DNA of 64,000 nucleotides from Massalongia carnosa. Taxonomy: Eukaryota. Below the pieces are notes generated by a model. It saw only the letters and a program-made list of their open reading frames with translations. It made no database searches and was not told the origin of the DNA. A program made the translations under genes and the position numbers. The stretch spans positions 186,001 through 250,000 of the forward strand of contig OZ287072.1 of assembly GCA_965645245.1 (NCBI GenBank), read 5' to 3'. Positions 21,553 through 33,912 of this stretch are shown one piece after another; the first letter of the stretch is position 1; each line of letters begins with the position of its first letter.

Positions 21553-23924
21553 AATGGTACGAACCTCCCCAGGATGTATAGAAACCAACGTGTATCGGCT
21601 GACTTTGCTTTTCCTTCGAGAACTCTCAGGATTTTGATGATTCGCCTTCCGAGGAAGACTTGCCTACATTGGCACAAGTAAAACGCTCTCGTGCACAATT
21701 TGATGGAAATAACACTTACGGAGACAACAAACGCTCACATCGCCTGCCTTGTGTGGACGAGTTGGCTGAATCTAGTACTGGCAACGACTCAAGCGATGCG
21801 AGTTTCCAGCCGAGTGTAAATAGTACAGTCATGAATGCATGTATCGGGTTCTGACTTAGAACAGAAAACGCCGATAACTAAGTATGTGGCGAGGACATTA
21901 CGGGCCGGTGCAGGCCGCGGTATTCAATACAGCTCAAGTTCTCCATCTCGAAGGAGCTCCTTACGAAGGGCAACGTTCCCCTCGTCTCCACCGAGAAAGC
22001 CTTCCCGCGCACTGGATAATATCTTGTCACCTTCACAAATACGCACTCGTCGGGGTTTGCCTGCGACACTCTCCTCGCAAACTCTCGAGATCTCAAAGGT
22101 CCTCCCGATCAAGTTTACTTCCGGCACAAGGGCTGGCATAACGGAGGACGAGACAGTCTCCGAAATCAAAAAAATAGATGCTTATCGTTTACTCTGGGGT
22201 GACATATCAAGGCGAACCAAATTCAACTCTGGCCCTGCTCATCAACCAATACTACGTGCCATGATTCCTTTTTTCAACGCTCTGATAACATCCGGACACG
22301 TGGTTGAATTATGTTCGCCTTGGGCGAATACACAGAAGCCTCGATTGAGCAAATTAATGAGTCGTACTTGGCAGGACCTTGCGAAGCGTCTCGGTGACCT
22401 TCCTGGCAACCGGAACGTCGACGTAGCAGAACTTCCCACCGCCGAAGAGGCTCGCAGGGTAGGTGAGGACTTGCTTACAACGGTTGTACATATAAAAACT
22501 AATCTGAGACTAGATTTATGATTCGACAACGGATTTTCGCTCTCAAATGTTGAGCAAAGTGAGATTGCTTGTGGCTAACGAATACCCGTTCTCAGTTCAG
22601 AGCGACTGTCGAATATTCGTGTCCACTTTGCTAGACGATCTTCATTTTCTGTGCGAAGATTTATCAACGGTTAATATGTCCTAGTTATCTTGATATAAAG
22701 TTTAACTAACTCGCGAGTAGGCTCCGAAAAGGCAGTTTCTCGCGCCTATCTTGATAAAGGCAATTACTCTGATATTCTTCAATAACGACAATGACTGCAG
22801 CTATGGACGCAATATCGACACTGCGCATTTGTTCAATCCACTTCGAGGAGAAGTGATCGTGTTGATAGCAACTCTGATTCAACATTCTATTGGAGAGTAT
22901 GAATACGGGCAAAAAAAGGTACAGGCTTTTGATGGGTCACAGCGAGAGAGTAAGTTTGTATCAATATAATCTTTGCTGAGTTGAGGCATTAATACTGAAA
23001 AGCAACCCATACTCGAATGACGAACACCTGGAATCAACAGTCCTCGGAGAGAAAGATGCTGTTACAAAGAATCATTCATCGGCGGGTTATGCGTCAGACT
23101 GGACAAAGAGATGGGGACTTTTCGGCGGTCACAGAAGCTGTCCACAATCCATTTGCCACTTCTATTGACGATCTTGTAGATCTTGATGCGGGAGATGAAA
23201 TGACAAAGTCGGTCAGGTCGACAGCGCGGCTTTCTTCCTTGACAGCTTCGTGTAGAACTTCGATCGTTCGTTGCGAGGAGGTGGATTCGGGTTTTTCGGT
23301 ATGTCTTGATTGGTATTATGCTTTGGAATTATCAGTAACAACAATAGAAGGAAACCTCTTCACCTAGACCGCCGCAGTTGACGAGCCACGAGGTATGCAA
23401 TCTTATTAACCGCGTTCTAACGTAGTGTTAACATCTCTCCTAGAATTCTTCGCAGCGTGGACCCTCACAATTAAAGCATAGCGCAGCAAGTTCATCCTTC
23501 GTAAGTATTCGCTTTATTTATAGAATATCTATTAGTCTAACAATTGCGTTGGAAACAGATTAACGACAAGATATCGTCAACTCCAACTCCACTCGCGCAA
23601 GACGCAATCGTGACGACAGATTCGGGTCAAGAAGATGCGGTAGATTACGATTTACGCATAGGGAAAGACTGGCGGATTAGGATGAGGTATGATGCAACGT
23701 GGAAGGAGTGGCAGACTGCTGTGGGAATGAAAGATGGAGAGTCGTTCTGGTATACTGTACCAACATTTCCCGAGGCCGTATTGAGCTTTGAGGAGGAATA
23801 TAGTTCGTTTTTGGATCGGGTGGAACAGGTGCATAGAGTAATGATACGAAGAGGAAACTGGGCGCAATCTCAAGCAGATGAAGACTCTGCGAGGGAGGAC
23901 GACAATATGGGAGAACTCACATAA
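21553..23924 (+). pseudogene. Uncharacterised multi-exon gene in the right arm of the Plavaka element, probably degraded
   Basis: Consecutive + strand frames (21660-21854, 21835-22521, 22751-22969, 23544-23924) separated by intron-like GT..CTRAC..AG segments; no recognisable family. Confidence 0.5.
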
Positions 23925-24369
23925 CATTATTTAAACTAAATCTTGATAATATACTCGACTGGTGTGTTTTTATTGTCGTATCTTGCAGCATCAAGCGCTC
24001 GAAATGGAAACAAAAGCAGTGCATTTTGACATACGCAAGATTTGTTACAATCGTTACTAAAACAACAAGTTAATTAATGAAATTATTGGATTCAAATGCT
24101 TATAACGACACAAAAGAGTCAATATAACAATTATCATCATTGGACAAAGAAAGGTAAAGGTAATCAATAGTCAAAGAGCAACTGTTTACACGTCAAATGT
24201 TCGACTATTCGTCAAGCGCCCATGTCAAACGTGGGCGCAATCGGCAGTACCTAGAACATTTCGGCTAATTGACTAATGTAGCCTATTAGTCGACCATTTG
24301 ACCAATTCGCGGGTCCTCCCGATTCCCCGATGCTATATGAGAGTTCATATTTAAAATAAAATTTCTCAG

Positions 24370-24889
24370 AAATCAAACCGTTTTATTTATACTGGAATCG
24401 GAAGGAACCTCATCTAGATGCTGTACATCTCTTGTGTAGATGGTTGCATCATACTGAATTAAAAGAAGGATTTATTTTTCGTCGATTCGATCAGTATGAT
24501 AGAGTAGATAAAGCAAGTCGTCCTATGGTGAGTATGCTTGATAGTTCTTGTTTTCAAAGTGCTCTTTTTAAACGAGCTCTTAGACCTCGTCCACGTTTTT
24601 AGAGAATTTTCGCAATAATCTTGCCGATATAGGAATAGATCCAGCTCCTTATGGTACTCATTCATTTCGAAGAGGAGGCGTACAATATCTTTCGAGTGAA
24701 AAACGATGGAACATACGCAAATTATGTGATTGGGGTGGATGGTCTCAAAGTTATGATACTTTGACAATCGTTCGTTATTTAATGAATTGGAATGACGATC
24801 CTACAAGACGACGAGATGATTTCATGAATCCGGAAGCACGGATCGGAGTAAAATGTTCTTATTATGGTCGAGCTTGCGATTGTGCATAA
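24370..24889 (+). pseudogene. 3' exons of the intron-rich tyrosine recombinase gene
   Basis: EIKPFYLYWN...GFIFRR...RPM / intron 24528-24583 / FLENFRNNLADIGIDPAPYGTHSFRRGGVQYL...W...LCDWGGWS...IVRYL...CSYYGRACDCA*; HxxR, W and Y catalytic positions present. Confidence 0.88.
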
Positions 24890-25010
24890 AGAACTCATTA
24901 AATACTAGTTCATGAGCTCGAGTAATGAAAACCAGGAGGATGATTTCGATCTGTTCTATAATGATAAAAAGTTAAGTGCTCATTTAGATAAACTCTTTTC
25001 ACCCGAAATC

Positions 25011-26230
25011 CTACTCCTCATCATCATCCTCCCCCCCTCCCTCCTCTTCACCCTCCTCCTCACTCCTCTCCTCCTCCTCACCTTCCTCCTCTCTCATCTC
25101 CTTATCCTCACTGAAAGGATCGGACAACACTTCCTCAAAAAGTGGATCATCACTTTCGCCCAGTTTAGTCAAAAGATCGACAGCAGCAGCATCCACCCTT
25201 TCGCCTCTACTAGCCATCTAAATTCGATTAAAACGAGTTCGTTTATAATGAGCATGTTCGGATGATTTACTTTTCTATAAGACCATTCACCCAGTATGGC
25301 CTCAAAAAGACGAACACAATGCTCTCGTCGACCTCCAAGAGTCAAGTCCTCTTGCGCAACTTTCTATAAACATTAAATATTAGGTCGAGCTCATATATAA
25401 CGAGTATATATTAACGATTTACTTTGGTTTTGGCATTTGAAATGATTTGCTTCTCGAACATCCATTGTTCGAGCATAGACGCACCATGAGCACATCCGCA
25501 AGGCAAGAGATTAATCTTGTCTAAGCCCAACGGAATATTCTCGCCCTTAGGCATCTCCTGCATTCGTTTTAAACGAGCTCATCCGTAACAGCTATCATCA
25601 TTTATAACGAGCTCATACCTTTTGTGACCGATAACATCCATGACATCGGGCATAGCCCGGATTCTGTCTCCAGAATTTCGCCCGTAGCCCTTCTTCTCCC
25701 TCGGTTTCTTCTGGTTTTGCCCCAGGACCCCAACGTGTCTTATAAGCATTCATTCGTCTTCATTAATAACGAGTCAGTTTAAAACGAGCTCATTTCATAC
25801 AATAATATATTGTAATAGAAGCTCTGCTAGCATAGTAAAAAGCTCACTTTTGAAACGATTGATATTTCTATCTACCTATCTAAGGACCGTGTTTATATAG
25901 ATAGAAAAACATGCCGAAAACCGTTCTCCCTATGACTCACCTTCCTACTTCCTAGAAATCTAAGATTGGTGATTGACTCATATCCAATTTATGACTCGAT
26001 GGGAATGTTCATAGAAGTTTTGCGGTGCTTCTCGAGGTCGTTATGTGTTGCCTAATGTTCTTACCAACGCACTAATCCCAATGCGGTACCATGTGACTCT
26101 GAACACTTTACTAGGCATCAGCCGGGTGACTTTGCACATTACAACATAATACATACATCTTCTCTGCAGGCTTCTTGTGTTTCGCTTGTTCGAGCTCTAT
26201 TTTTTTTTCTGTCTTCGATAACCGCAGCAT
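25011..26230 (-). CDS. Multi-exon hypothetical gene convergent with the YR gene; Cys cluster and acidic tail; 5' end unresolved
   Basis: Introns at about 25218-25270, 25364-25422, 25558-25618, 25739-25800 splice in frame to TRWGPG...YARCHGCYRSQK/EMPK...LLPCGCAHG...EQWMF.../...MASRGER...EEEGGGEDDDEE*. Confidence 0.6.
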
Positions 26231-26320
26231 TATGTTTAGAAGACATGAGTTTGTTATGTGATTATAAGGAAAATTGGTTGCAAGTTTACGAAGTGAGTCA
26301 TTTGAAACGAGCTTGATTAA

Positions 26321-29300
26321 GGCCCCGTTTGTGTACAGCGTAGATGGCCCGCTTCCTCCGGTAATTTTCGACGTTACGCCATACACTTTTGGTGGTGTTT
26401 TATCCGCCATTGCCGGCATTTTGGGACCAATTGTACGATTCTACTCTTGAGGCCGTTTTTTTGGGCCATTGCCTCCTACGCGGAGGATTATAACGATATA
26501 CAGTTCAATTCAAGGAATCGGCGCAATGGGTCAAGTCTCTACGGCGAGTAATGGATGGAGCAACTGCTCGATCAGCGCCATATGAATCGATCTACGACAA
26601 CCTTCGCATGGATCGCGAAACGACATCTTCGCTGTCTCTACGTTCGACCTACAGTTCAGCTACATTCTTGCTGGATGGGAGGGCTCTGCGCATGATGCGC
26701 TAGTCCTTAAGGATGCCGTCTCCTATCATGGATTGAGGCTCCCTCCAGGGAAGTACCTCCTTGCGGACGCTGGATACTCTAATACGGAGCACACCTTGAT
26801 GCCGTTTCGGGGCACGAGGTATCATCTCAAGGAGCAGAGGCTGGCTGGAGAAAGGTAAGATCTACAGCCTATATGAATGGTGCTAATGGTCTATAGGCCC
26901 CAATCGTCCAACGAGATGCTTAGGGACAGTCCCCCCCCGACCGTCCCCCCCACCCCCCCCCTAGGTAAATCTTTACTAGTAAACAGCCTTTTTACTACTC
27001 ATCCAGGGTGCGTACAAGCTAGCAGTTACACCACGTATTAATAATGTTGCTGTTACTGACTAAGTGTATTCCACACCTACAAATCTACCGATTGCGATTA
27101 CTTCAACTCCAAAAACTCGTCAGCCAATTGCGATACATCATCTTTTCTAGGCTTCATTGTTTTAGCCATTTTTCTCATCGCCGTTTCCTTTCTCGCTTGA
27201 GCCCTAGCCTGTTTGACTGATTTCTCGACTCTTTGCTGAGATTCCAACTTCAACTGAGCCTTTGATTTCTTCGCCACACCCCGAGACCTTCGCGTTGTTG
27301 CAGAGGAAGTAGGGAGAATTTGACTGGCGCGTACGTTTTGGCTAAGACTATAAAGAGATGGAGCCAGCGCTGCCTGAGGTAGGGCTTTTTGACTATGCTT
27401 GGCAAGCACATCGTCAATATCTTCGAGCGAATCCGACGAGGCTTCTGATGTAAGAATAATATCATTTTCGTCATCCGAAGGAAGCATAGGATCCATAGAA
27501 CGACCGAGAATGGGCTGAGTGCTTATATACTGCACCTCGTCATCGTCGTCGGAGACGATAGACGCGTTTTCGATTCTCTCCATAACTAAGTTTTTTCCTA
27601 AACCTATTGTACCCAATATTAGCCGACCCGAGCGCAATAACTTTGCAACATCGTGAATATTACCTTCTGTTTCACCTTCAACCTCATCGTCGCCCCCAGC
27701 ACGCAATCTATTATATCTAAGCCTCCTCCCTTGTTCAATAGAGTCCCTTCGCCTAGTACGTCGCTGTTCAGTTTCTCTAGCCTCAGCTGCCTCGCGACCA
27801 GTGCAGGCACGTCGACGACTCCCTCCTTTCTTATACATGAGGTTTTCTTTGGGCCGAATTTCGTCGGGGAATGTGGTGGGGATGAGAGGTCTTACCAACT
27901 CCTTCTTTTGCCATTTCTTATTGAACTTTTCAACGATGTGAGCATGCTCGCGAGCGTACTCCTCTATTCGATGAGAATATTCTATTGATTGATGCAGGTC
28001 AATAGATTGATATGCTATAGAATGTAGCAAATCAAGGCCCCCGCGGCGAAATCTATCCTCACTCAACACGCCTTCTTCGAGCTCGACCTCATCCTTATCC
28101 GCCTCAATCTCTCCCGTCCCTTCGACCTCATCGACGATCTTTTCGACCTCGGGCTCCGAGCCACGAGCGAAATCGAAGGTCATTTGCCAAGAGACCGCAT
28201 AAGGTGGGCCATCAAAAAACCAGCGGGGGTGGATGAGGGAAACGGGAGTAGGGACCGAGTCGATGATGCATTTATACAACCAGCATTTGCATGGGAGACC
28301 GTACCTTAAAGGCAACTCACAACCATAAACACAGCTTCCACCATCAGGGACAATAGAAAGGATTCGTTCAGCTAATTATTTGGCGGCATCGAGTTCTCTT
28401 GAAACGAGGCCAATGGCATGATGCGTAATTTTCCCAATGAGTAACGTAAAAGCATTCCTATCGATCAATCTAGGATTGCGTATTCGCTGTTGATTGCACA
28501 AAATCTCCTGATATAATTGTTTTTTCCGCACCTCATTACATATTTTCTGCACCGATTGTCTTATAGGCAAGGGCAAATGGTAAGAGAGGGTGAGGGTGAG
28601 GGTATGCTTTATCAGACCGAGTAGGGTAATTATTAGTAGCAATAACACGTCATACGATTTAAACCGAAAAGAGTTTAATGTGCTGTTGGAAGTTGCATTA
28701 CTAGATTGTACGCACCCTGGATAAGCAGTGAAATGGCTGTTTACTAGCAAAGATTTACACAGGGGGGACGGTCGGGGGGGGGACTGCCCATAAGCACCTC
28801 GATCGTCCAAAGAGTTGTTCAATCTCCGCCACTCCTTTCTCCACAACGTCGTCGAACGGATCTTTGGGATCTTTAAGAGGAGGTTGAAGATTCTACGGAG
28901 CGCGCCTGAGTACCCAATACGGTCTCAGGTTCACCTAATCTACGCTCTGACCGCAATACACAACTATATACGGAGGAAGCTGGGCAGGAGGCGCTGGAGA
29001 CTGAGCTGGGCGCGGAGGAACTTGACCTTGGCGCACACGAGGGTCAAGAGGCTACAAGAGAAGGATCTACGTCAACAAGGATGGGCAGACTACGGGATGA
29101 AATGGCAGAGAGCATGGGGGACTACGTGGATGTGGTGTTTGCGGGGGAGGATTAGGATATATTATAGATCTATAGAAGTTATTGAAGTTATCATAGCCTT
29201 TATAATGACCTTTTTGTCTTCCGCGCTCTTGAGACTTTTTAAAAACAGTTGCGTTATTGAGTACACTGGGAATGGCCTCACGGAGGCGAAAAAGTAGGAT

Positions 29301-29366
29301 ATTACTTTATCAGGCTATGCGGCGACAAATTCCCAACAGCCATCTACGGCGTATCCAAACGCGGCC
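26321..29366 (+). mobile_element. PIF/Harbinger element with internally deleted transposase
   Basis: TAA TSD (26318-26320, 29367-29369); 28-bp imperfect TIRs GGCC(C/G)CGTTTG...CGTAGATGGC; AGWEGSAHD, YLLADAGY, RYHLKE, ELFNLRH...VERIFG...KRR, IHNYIR. Confidence 0.92.
26912..28801 (-). mobile_element. Non-autonomous MULE derivative, copy 2, nested in the Harbinger transposase
   Basis: ~100-bp TIRs; 9-bp TSD ATCGTCCAA (26903-26911, 28802-28810); very similar to 13123-14953; open 405-codon frame 27098-28315. Confidence 0.9.
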
Positions 29367-29601
29367 TAAATCCTTGATTATGCAAGCTAACTTAAAGTAA
29401 AAGGCAACATTACGCGAAACAAAAAGCCGCAATGTAAGAGCTGTGGGCCTTGCTGCAAAAAGGAAGCATGTTGGGACATTTTACATAGATCATGAGGGGT
29501 AATTGAGGTGTTGTACCCATTATCGTCAGAAATGGAAAATGCAGTAAATCTGATTGGTCAGATTAAAGTTATTAGTCATTACCCGGTGACGGTGCGTGTA
29601 A

Positions 29602-32600
29602 ATGAGATGGTTCTATGTCACGTGAGGCCCCTGAGTCAAAGTAAATTAAGAATCACCCTCTGAAAATTCTTTCCTCATTCACTTCTTCTCACTCGGCCTC
29701 ATCCATCTCACTGACTCGTCGTCGACCCCACGTTGTCTCGGTGCCCCTACCTCGCTGTCAGTGCTTGCTGCTTTTCCAATCTCACTGACTCGTCGTCGAC
29801 CTCACGTTGTCTCGGTGCCCCTACCTCCCAATGACGAACACCCGTTCCCAAAGCACCTTGATGGACGACATAGTCCCCGACCCCCAGGAGATTGTCGGAT
29901 TGACGCAGGCCCAATCCAATCAAATCTTCGCCCTACAAAAGAAGAAAGCCGAGGCGGAAGCGAAGGCGGCCGAGGCTGAGGCTAGAATTGCCGAGTCCAA
30001 GGCATTGGTCGCCGAGAAGGAGGTGGAAAAATGCAGCTAGAAATCGACTGCATGCGCCGAGAATCTGACGCCCGAATAGCGGCCGTCATTCCTGCTGGCA
30101 AGCCGAGTCGTGTCGTCGGCGATGACGACGAGGACCTAGGTGAGATCCCTCTCGAAGTAAGAAGCATAGCACTCCGTTTCGCGGGCCTACCACAGGACGA
30201 GATCATCAAGATCTTTTCAAATAAATTCAAAGCCATCAACCTCTCCCGCCTCCGACACATGCACGGCATGCAATACGAGTCATACAAGGATCAAGACCGC
30301 ATCGGCATCGAAGACGGCGCCTTGAGGTTGAGAAAGGCATCCGGGACCTACAAAGATTTCGGAAAGACAGTTCATGACGTCTGGACCGAGAGCTTCATCA
30401 ACTACACCTCGATCATGGTCAGTCTTTTCGGGAAATCGAGTCAACAGCTTCACGCCACCATGTCGGCATTCCACGGAAAAATCCTCACGCTGGCCAAGGT
30501 GTACGAGTGGCAGGAAGCAGTCCTCCCCCTCGCCATCGAAACCCACACCCACATCATCGCGTCTCAGCCATCCGACGCATCCCAATGGAAAATGCCCGAC
30601 GAATTCCAAGCTCGATTCTGCACCCCCCTCACAGTCCTACGCCGTCGCCGCTCACGATCCCCGCCGTCCCGACGACCGACCCCGAGAGGAGACAGGGCCG
30701 AGAGGGCCGAGAAGGCAGCGGGGGAAATCTGCGACAAGTACAACAGCGGCACCTGCCTGGCCGTCGTGCTACCGACAGCACAAATGCAAATCGTGCGGCG
30801 CGGCTGGGCATGGCCAGAAGACATGCCCAACGAAGAAATAGGGGGTTGGTGCAGGAGGCAGTAAAATAGCTTCAATAGCTGAATTCATGACGTCCCATCC
30901 CTGCTTACCTGCACCAATCAGACCAAATACAATCCCTTCGTTTCAACTCGTAGACGCATCTCGTCAGCGTTTGAAAGACAGCCCATCTCCCCGTACCGTC
31001 CGCATGGGCAACCCTACTTCAAGAGTATCCGGGCCCCCTCCGAGTCCATCTGCCCATGATCCTTCGTTTCGGAGTACAAATCGGATACGAAGGCCCCACA
31101 GACATCCTTCGGATCGAAAAAAATCTGACATCAGCGAATGAGGACCCGGAAACGATCGAGAATAAGCTTCAAGAGGACCTCAGGAAGGGCCGAGTCAGAC
31201 GAATAGCCGCCCCGAGTCAGCCATTTGTGGCCTCCCCCCTCGGCTTGGTCCCGAAACATGACGGAGGATGGCGACGCATTCATCATCTGTCTCATCCCAA
31301 TCAAACATCAGTCAACGACAACATTCCAGAAGAGGCATCCAAATTACAATACGCCAGACTCGACGACATTATTCAATTGATTCTGTCAGAGGGCAAAGGT
31401 GCTGTCATAGTGAAAAGAGACGTCAAAGACGCCTTTCGAAACGTTCCCGTCGCACCTCATCATCAATGGCTTCTGGGTTTCGGATGGAATGACGAATTCT
31501 ACACCGAGACATGCCTTTCGTTCGGACTGTCGACGGCCCCGTTCATCTTCAATCTTTTTGCGGAAGGCTTTCATTGGATTTTGGAATCCTTTCTACAATG
31601 GAGATTACATCACTATCTAGACGACTTCGTTGCAATTTTCCCATCCGAGACATCGTCAGAACGATTGCACCAAGAAACAAAAGCCTACAACATTCTCACC
31701 GACATTCTCGGCATCCCGAGAAACGACTCAAAAGACGCCGAGGGAACGACAGCGACAGTCTTCGGACTCGAGGTCGACACCATCAACAGTCTTATTCGTC
31801 TGCCAGCGGACAAGCTGGAAAAAGCGAGAATCATCACTACAAAGGCACTAAACGAGACGACAATCAGCCTCGGCGACATGCAGTCAATAGCGGGCTTCCT
31901 AAGCTTCTGCGCACAGGCAGTCAAATTGGGCCGAGTCTTCTTACGATTATTCTGGAATTTTATAGCCTCATTTCCCTCGGGCAGTCATCGTCGGGTCAAA
32001 AGAAGAATTCCCACATGGGTCAGACAGGATCTCATCTGGTGGAACAAACTTTTAGTGGACTTCAACGGTATTGTCTTCTTCGAGACGTCAACACGAGACA
32101 CGATCAAGGTGCATACGGATGCATGCCTCACGGGTCTCGGAGGCTATTTTCAACAAGACAACGAGCTCGTGAATCAAAAAAACGCATGTAGGGCCCGAGT
32201 CCTAGTCCTCAATCAGGAAGAATCACCGAGCATAAACGTCCGAGAAGTCGAGGCTATCCTTCTAATCCTTCAGAAATGGGCGCCGACATGGCGACATCGA
32301 CAGATCCTTGTCTTTACCGACAGCAACACAGCATACACAGGATTCACGAATCTAACCCTCAAGGGACCGGCCAACGCGCCTCTACGAGAAATACTGTCCA
32401 TAGCTGCAAAGTGGGACATCGTACTACGTTGTCAATGGATCAGTGGCACTTCCAATGGACTAGCAGATGCCCTGTCACGTTTTGATGATGAAAGATTGGC
32501 TAACTTTTGCCCTCATTGGCAGAACCCATACAATTCGATGAACCTCCCTCCACCTACCTATCCTCCACACCAGGGTCAGCCCTGGTAAAACGCCTCGTCT

Positions 32601-33912
32601 GGCACGGACACTCGGCGGACACGAGAAAAGGGTACGGGACGGCGATCGACTCATACGAGGTATTCTGTGCGACGACGGGACGCACGTCGTGACCTGCAAC
32701 AACCGAGTCCCTCGAGGAATGGCTAGCCGGTCGACTATACGGGGGCAGCACACCCAAGCAGGGAAAGATAAAACCAGAGACGGCAGCGAGCTACCTCGCC
32801 GGCCTCAGATCATACCATGTAGACCGAGGATACGGCCTCACCCCATTCGAGGGGCCGAGACTTCAATTGATGCTGAAAGGGGGAAAAAGGATCTTTTCTC
32901 AGACAAAAAGAAGACGCCTACCCATTTCAAAAGAATTACTGACAAAAATCACCAGTATTCCCGCTCATTCGGCCGAAGACCTCAACATCGACGCGACATT
33001 CAAAGTTGCATGGGCAGGGTTCCTCAGACTCGAGGAAATCACCTACACTGTCGCCGATCGTAAGAAGACATCTTTTCAGAGATTGAAACCTACACGAAGT
33101 GACATCTCATTCGCCGAGAACGATCAATACGCGACATTACGTCTCAAAAGAAGCAAAACAGACACAAATCACTCAGGAGTTCAGATAGTGCTGGCAGCGA
33201 CCAATGAGAGCACTTGCCCCGTGACAGCACTACGGCGTCTTTTCAGAAATGATCCTCAGCCATCTACATCCCCGCTTTTTCGTCTCGGCACCGCATTCAC
33301 CAGAGCCTCCGTCATAGCATCCCTGAAAAAGAGACTGATAGCCGCCGGCATCAACGACTCGGCATACTCGGGACACAGCTTCAGAAAAGGAGCAGCACAA
33401 CACGCCGCCGACCACGGGATGCTGGATGAGAGTATTCAGAGACTCGGAAGATGGTCATCAAACGCGTTTCAGCTATACTTTCAGACGTCCCAGGCCTCAT
33501 TATTCAATTTGAACCTCAGTTTTCAAAAAGGCATCCCTCTGGCAGTCCCACGTGCTGTCGTCGCCGAGACGAATCCTACAAACTCCTACCCCTACTCAAT
33601 TGGGCATTCCATTGGGCGTACAGGTCAACCAGGGCATCGATCCGGAGCGCCGCCGGGCACCTCCATCTAGATCATCGCCGTCGGGCACTGCCGTCGGGCA
33701 TCATCTATCGGATCGTTGAGCGGCAGCAGACGCCTCGGGCCTAGAAGATGAGGTTCCCACCTCAGCACCGACCCCGAGTCACGTGCCTAGGCCTGCCCGG
33801 GCTGACCTGTGTCGTTCCCATGCCCAATCAAATTCAAGCATTCAAATCAATTCATCCAATTAAAAGCCCCCCCCAGCGCAAGCGAAGGTAACGGCACCGA
33901 TAAGGGTCATAG
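29602..33912 (+). mobile_element. Ngaro family B, copy 2; lacks A2-B2, ORFs disrupted
   Basis: Near-identical to 15869-20731; AA flanks; frameshifts near 30030, 30757 and 30993; TGG>TGA at 32690 in YR; single A and single B repeat. Confidence 0.93.

Larger units (their letters stand above)
1075..24332 (-). mobile_element. Plavaka (CACTA/CMC-like) DNA transposon, ~10.1 kb after removing nested insertions
   Basis: TIRs CATCGGGAAATCGGGAG (1075-1091) and CTCCCGATTCCCCGATG (24316-24332), 16/17 match; 2-bp TSD CT (1073-1074, 24333-24334); removal restores a ~48-nt GT-AG intron of the YR gene; encloses a Plavaka transposase. Confidence 0.85.

Noticed and set aside
76..24889. Starship captain (DUF3435)
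   Set aside because: Motifs and apparent size do not match what I recall for captains, and no Starship boundary or auxiliary genes are seen; an HMM search is needed to exclude it formally.
25860..26143. Possible solo LTR within the partner gene
   Set aside because: TG..CA ends are plausible but there is no matching TSD or second copy.
29493..29599. Possible MULE TIR belonging to the 33915-34160 fragment
   Set aside because: No matching opposite TIR found in the window.
13123..33912. Segmental inverted duplication (MULE and Ngaro B pairs both inverted)
   Set aside because: Each copy has its own target site and host sequence, and the order is not mirrored; these are independent insertions.
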